Source: Flammeovirgaceae bacterium (GTDB lineage Bacteria; Bacteroidota; Bacteroidia; Cytophagales; MED-G16). From it: a stretch of 64,000 nt of DNA. The stretch lies in the NCBI GenBank assembly GCA_038113315.1, contig JAYNOQ010000001.1:22015-86014 (forward strand), written 5' to 3'. Below, one piece after another: positions 60,873-64,000 of this stretch (position 1 is its first letter; each line of letters opens with the position of its first letter). Both the position numbers and the translations under genes were made by a program. The notes beneath the pieces were generated by a model. The model saw only the letters and a program-made list of their open reading frames with translations, had not been told where the DNA came from and did no database searches.

Positions 60873-61172
60873 ATGAGACTTCCTTCGTTTATTAAATTAC
60901 CTAATAATAGAAAATTTAAATTTTCTGCGAGGCATTATGATCCAATCAAAGATGACCTTGACCAAAGAATATCGAAGGCTAAAAATACCAAAAAGAAATA
61001 CTTTAATAGAAATAGGAAACCAAATGAAGTAAATGCATCAAAACTTCAACTATTTATAGCCCTTTTTCTTTCATTATTAATATTTGGATGGCTATACATA
61101 GGAAATACCATTTTTATTTTTTTGCTTTTAATACCTTTATTTTTCATTTATAAAAAAATCTCCAAAAATTGA
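60873..61172 (+). CDS. Small hypothetical membrane protein
   Basis: 99 aa. Basic N-terminal half and two C-terminal TM segments. It ends 1 nt before mutL. Coding status is supported only by ORF length and position. Confidence 0.35.
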   Translation: MRLPSFIKLPNNRKFKFSARHYDPIKDDLDQRISKAKNTKKKYFNRNRKPNEVNASKLQLFIALFLSLLIFGWLYIGNTIFIFLLLIPLFFIYKKISKN

Positions 61173-61173
61173 T

Positions 61174-62910
61174 ATGAGTATTATTACCCAATTGCCAAAG
61201 TCTGTAGCTAATCAAATTGCAGCTGGAGAAGTAATTCAAAGACCGTCTTCAATTATTAAAGAATTACTTGAAAATAGCATTGACGCAAATTCGAAAAATA
61301 TAAAAGTGCTTATTAAAGATGCTGGTAAACAATCTGTAACAGTTGTTGATGACGGAGAAGGGATGACAAAAGAAGATGCAGTAAAATGTTTTGGTAGACA
61401 CTCTACATCAAAATTATCTAAAGCAGAAGACCTATTTAAAATTAAAACTATGGGTTTTAGAGGTGAAGCGCTGGCTTCTATAGCAGCTGTATCTGAAATC
61501 ACATTAAAAACAAAAATCGAATCAGCAAAAATTGGTCAACAGGTTATTATAAAAGATTCTAAGATAATTGAACAAAAAGAAATTAGCTTTCAAAAAGGAA
61601 CAAGTATCAATGCCAAAAACTTATTTTTTAATATTCCTGCTAGGAGAAATTTTTTAAAATCTAATAATCTAGAAATAAAATATATAATCGATGAGTTTAT
61701 TCGTTGCGCAATTGCTAACCCAGAAATTTCTTTTTCTCTAATAAATGAAGATGCCGAAATATATAATTTAAAAAGTACTAATCTAAAGAAAAGAATAATT
61801 TCAATTTTTAAGAAAAATTATGAAAAAAACATGATTGAATGCGAGGAAAAATTTGGGGCTATAACAATTAATGGATTTATCGGAAAGCCAGAAAATACAA
61901 AAAAAACAAGAGGTGAGCAATTTATTTATGTTAATAATAGATTTATTAGGAGTGCCTATATAAATCATGCAATAATTAATAGTTATGAAGGAATGATAGA
62001 AGAGAAAAATTTTCCTTTTTACGTATTATTTATATCTATAAATACTGATCTAGTAGATGTTAATATTCATCCCACAAAAACAGAAATAAAATTTGAAGAC
62101 GAGAAACTTATTTATAATCTGGTAAAATCCTCAGTTAAAAAATCTTTGGAAAAATTTAATGTATCTCCATCTATTAATTTTGACGCGGATATAAACTTCA
62201 AAGAAAATATTAGTTTTCAAATAAGCTCTAGCAAGAATGAAAATATCAAGGAGTCCTACTCAAATAAAAAGAAAGATTGGGAAAAAATCTTTGAGAATGT
62301 AAAAATTGAGAACTCAGATAAAATGCTATTTGAAAATACATCTTCAATTGATAATGAAAATAAACCTGTTCAGTTTCTAGAAAATTTTATATTTAAACAA
62401 GTTGGTGAGAAACTTTTAATATTTAATCACAAATACTGTCAGCAAAGAATTCTTTTTGAAAAATTTACAAATTCAAATATTAAGACCTATACTAATACTC
62501 AACAAAGTCTATTCCCACAATACATTGAGTTTAATAAGTCAGATTTTAGAATTATTCAAGAAATAATTGATGATATAAAATCTATTGGATTTAATATTGA
62601 TTTTTTTGGAGAGAACTCAGTAGTTATCAATGGAATACCTAATGGCTTAGATGACATCAATGAAAAAGAAATAATAGAAGGTTTTATAGAAGAAATAAAG
62701 AATAATAACTCTGATAAATTAGAAAAAAGAGACCTAATAATAAAGTTCTTTTCTAAAAAAGCAAAAATTATAAATAATAAAAGCTTAAGTATTACAGAAA
62801 TGAATCTAATTATTGACAGGTTATTTGCATGTAAAAATTCAAAGTATTCTCCTGATGGGAAACAAAATTATATTGAATTAGGTATTGATAAAGTAGAAAA
62901 TTTATTTTGA
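61174..62910 (+). CDS. mutL: DNA mismatch repair protein MutL
   Basis: 578 aa. GHKL ATPase motifs (IAAGEVIQRPSSIIKELLENSIDA, DDGEGM, GFRGEALASIA) and a C-terminal dimerisation domain. Confidence 0.93.
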   Translation: MSIITQLPKSVANQIAAGEVIQRPSSIIKELLENSIDANSKNIKVLIKDAGKQSVTVVDDGEGMTKEDAVKCFGRHSTSKLSKAEDLFKIKTMGFRGEALASIAAVSEITLKTKIESAKIGQQVIIKDSKIIEQKEISFQKGTSINAKNLFFNIPARRNFLKSNNLEIKYIIDEFIRCAIANPEISFSLINEDAEIYNLKSTNLKKRIISIFKKNYEKNMIECEEKFGAITINGFIGKPENTKKTRGEQFIYVNNRFIRSAYINHAIINSYEGMIEEKNFPFYVLFISINTDLVDVNIHPTKTEIKFEDEKLIYNLVKSSVKKSLEKFNVSPSINFDADINFKENISFQISSSKNENIKESYSNKKKDWEKIFENVKIENSDKMLFENTSSIDNENKPVQFLENFIFKQVGEKLLIFNHKYCQQRILFEKFTNSNIKTYTNTQQSLFPQYIEFNKSDFRIIQEIIDDIKSIGFNIDFFGENSVVINGIPNGLDDINEKEIIEGFIEEIKNNNSDKLEKRDLIIKFFSKKAKIINNKSLSITEMNLIIDRLFACKNSKYSPDGKQNYIELGIDKVENLF

Positions 62911-63689
62911 TGTTTAATCTTACACCAGCTGCAAAAAATATTTTAATAATTAATGGAATCATTTTCATTTTAACCAGTGGATACTTAATTGAAGAATTTG
63001 GATTAAGATATATACTCTCAGACAACTTCAAGCCTTACCAATTCCTCACATATATGTGGATTCATGCAGGTTTTGGACATCTATTTAGTAATATGTTTGC
63101 AGTTATTGTTTTTGCTCCTATTCTTGAAAGAGTATGGGGCTCAAGAAAATTTTTTACTTTTTATTTAATCACAGGAATAGGTGCTGGGATTCTTTATTCA
63201 GGGGTCAATTTTTTTGAAAATTATTCATTAGAATCTAAAGTAAAGTCTTATCAACAAAATCCAAACCCTGAAAGATTTAGAAAATTTATTCTCGAAAATT
63301 CAAAAGAATATTATAATCAATTATATGATTTTATTTCGGTTTATTCTGATAACCCTGGAAATGAAGAATACATTAGAGAAAGCATAAGTATCAGCAATAC
63401 TATACTAAGAAATAATAATGATATACCTATGGTAGGAGCTTCTGGTGCCGTTTTTGGCATTTTATTAGCATTTGCTATGTTATTTCCAAACATGCAGCTT
63501 ATGTTATTAATTCCTCCAATTCCAATAAAAGCAAAATATCTAGTATTAGTTTATGGTTTTTATGAAATATGGAGTGAATTTAACAGAATGCCTGGAGATA
63601 ATGTAGCTCATTTAGCTCACCTTGGAGGAATGTTAATTGCTTATATTGTTCTTCGATACTGGAAAAATAAATACGGAACATACTACTAA
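62907..63689 (+). CDS. Rhomboid-family intramembrane serine protease (copy 1, with internal insertion)
   Basis: 260 aa. WIHAGFGHLFSNM, catalytic GASGAVFG and HLAHLGG motifs. About 80 hydrophilic residues are inserted between the second motif region and the catalytic Ser helix. Confidence 0.8.
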   Translation: MMFNLTPAAKNILIINGIIFILTSGYLIEEFGLRYILSDNFKPYQFLTYMWIHAGFGHLFSNMFAVIVFAPILERVWGSRKFFTFYLITGIGAGILYSGVNFFENYSLESKVKSYQQNPNPERFRKFILENSKEYYNQLYDFISVYSDNPGNEEYIRESISISNTILRNNNDIPMVGASGAVFGILLAFAMLFPNMQLMLLIPPIPIKAKYLVLVYGFYEIWSEFNRMPGDNVAHLAHLGGMLIAYIVLRYWKNKYGTYY

Positions 63690-63691
63690 TA

Positions 63692-64000
63692 ATGGCAAAT
63701 TTTATAATTGAAGATTTTAAAAGTGCATGGAGCAAAGACGATAATGGTCTAGTAAAGATCATATTAATAAATGTTATAGTTTTTGTTTCAGTGAGTTTTT
63801 TAGAGGTATTTATAACCCTTTCAGGTGGAGGAGCTATAATAAACACATTAATTAATAAGTTAATGTTACCTGCATCATTTACTACATTTATTTTACAGCC
63901 TTGGTCATTAATATCTTATTTTTTCTTGCATCTAAGCTTTGGACATATTTTGTGGAATATGCTTTTCTTGTATTGGTTTGGAAAAATAATTAATGATAAT
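63692..64000 (+). CDS. Rhomboid-family protein (copy 2), N-terminal fragment running off the window end
   Basis: ATG at 63692 opens a frame that stays open to 64000 (MANFIIEDFKSAW...QPWSLISYFFLHLSFGHILWNMLFLYWFGKIINDN). It carries the rhomboid (Q/E)PW...H-x4-H-x3-N motif. Not in the ORF track because no stop is reached. Confidence 0.7.
   Translation, partial: MANFIIEDFKSAWSKDDNGLVKIILINVIVFVSVSFLEVFITLSGGGAIINTLINKLMLPASFTTFILQPWSLISYFFLHLSFGHILWNMLFLYWFGKIINDN

Overview
This 64-kb window looks like a core-chromosome segment of a very AT-rich, strongly streamlined member of the Bacteroidota (Flavobacteriia-like). Supporting evidence: a SusC/SusD pair, exact TAnnTTTG -7 promoter boxes in front of the tRNA genes, atpD-atpC separated from the other ATP synthase genes, bshA, and many lipoproteins and beta-barrel proteins. 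I count about 60 protein-coding genes and 5 tRNAs. tuf is truncated at the left edge and a second rhomboid gene, absent from the ORF track, runs off the right edge. The tRNAs are Tyr-Gly-Thr upstream of tuf, a tRNA-Ser hidden inside a spurious ORF-track ORF, and a tRNA-Arg. There are two clear intrinsic terminators. I recognised no rRNA, CRISPR array, transposase, integrase, phage gene or known defence system. Content is mostly housekeeping: pyrH, frr, nadD, gmk, birA, rsfS, ftsH, lpxH, queE, folD, lepA, sucD, lpdA, fabG, clpC, mltG, recR, adk, obgE, grpE, dnaJ, atpDC, dnaK, asnS, rpoN, acs, mutL. Gene packing is extreme: six convergent pairs have overlapping ends and many co-directional pairs overlap by 1-32 nt. 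Three items seem most worth follow-up. (1) A shared 41-bp element with identical internal spacing lies directly upstream of both grpE-dnaJ and dnaK. Its core fits the sigma-54 -24/-12 pattern (TGGCA-N6-TTGC-like), and rpoN is encoded in the same window. (2) A tightly overlapped trio encodes an RPE-like TIM barrel fused to a CBS pair, a Thermotoga-type DAHP synthase and a KdsC/YrbI-family phosphatase. (3) A SusC/SusD/unknown-lipoprotein locus has clearly higher GC and a different amino-acid composition than everything around it, with no CAZyme or regulator nearby. These are hypotheses. I do not see decisive evidence for a wholly new multi-gene system, and much of the window is ordinary.
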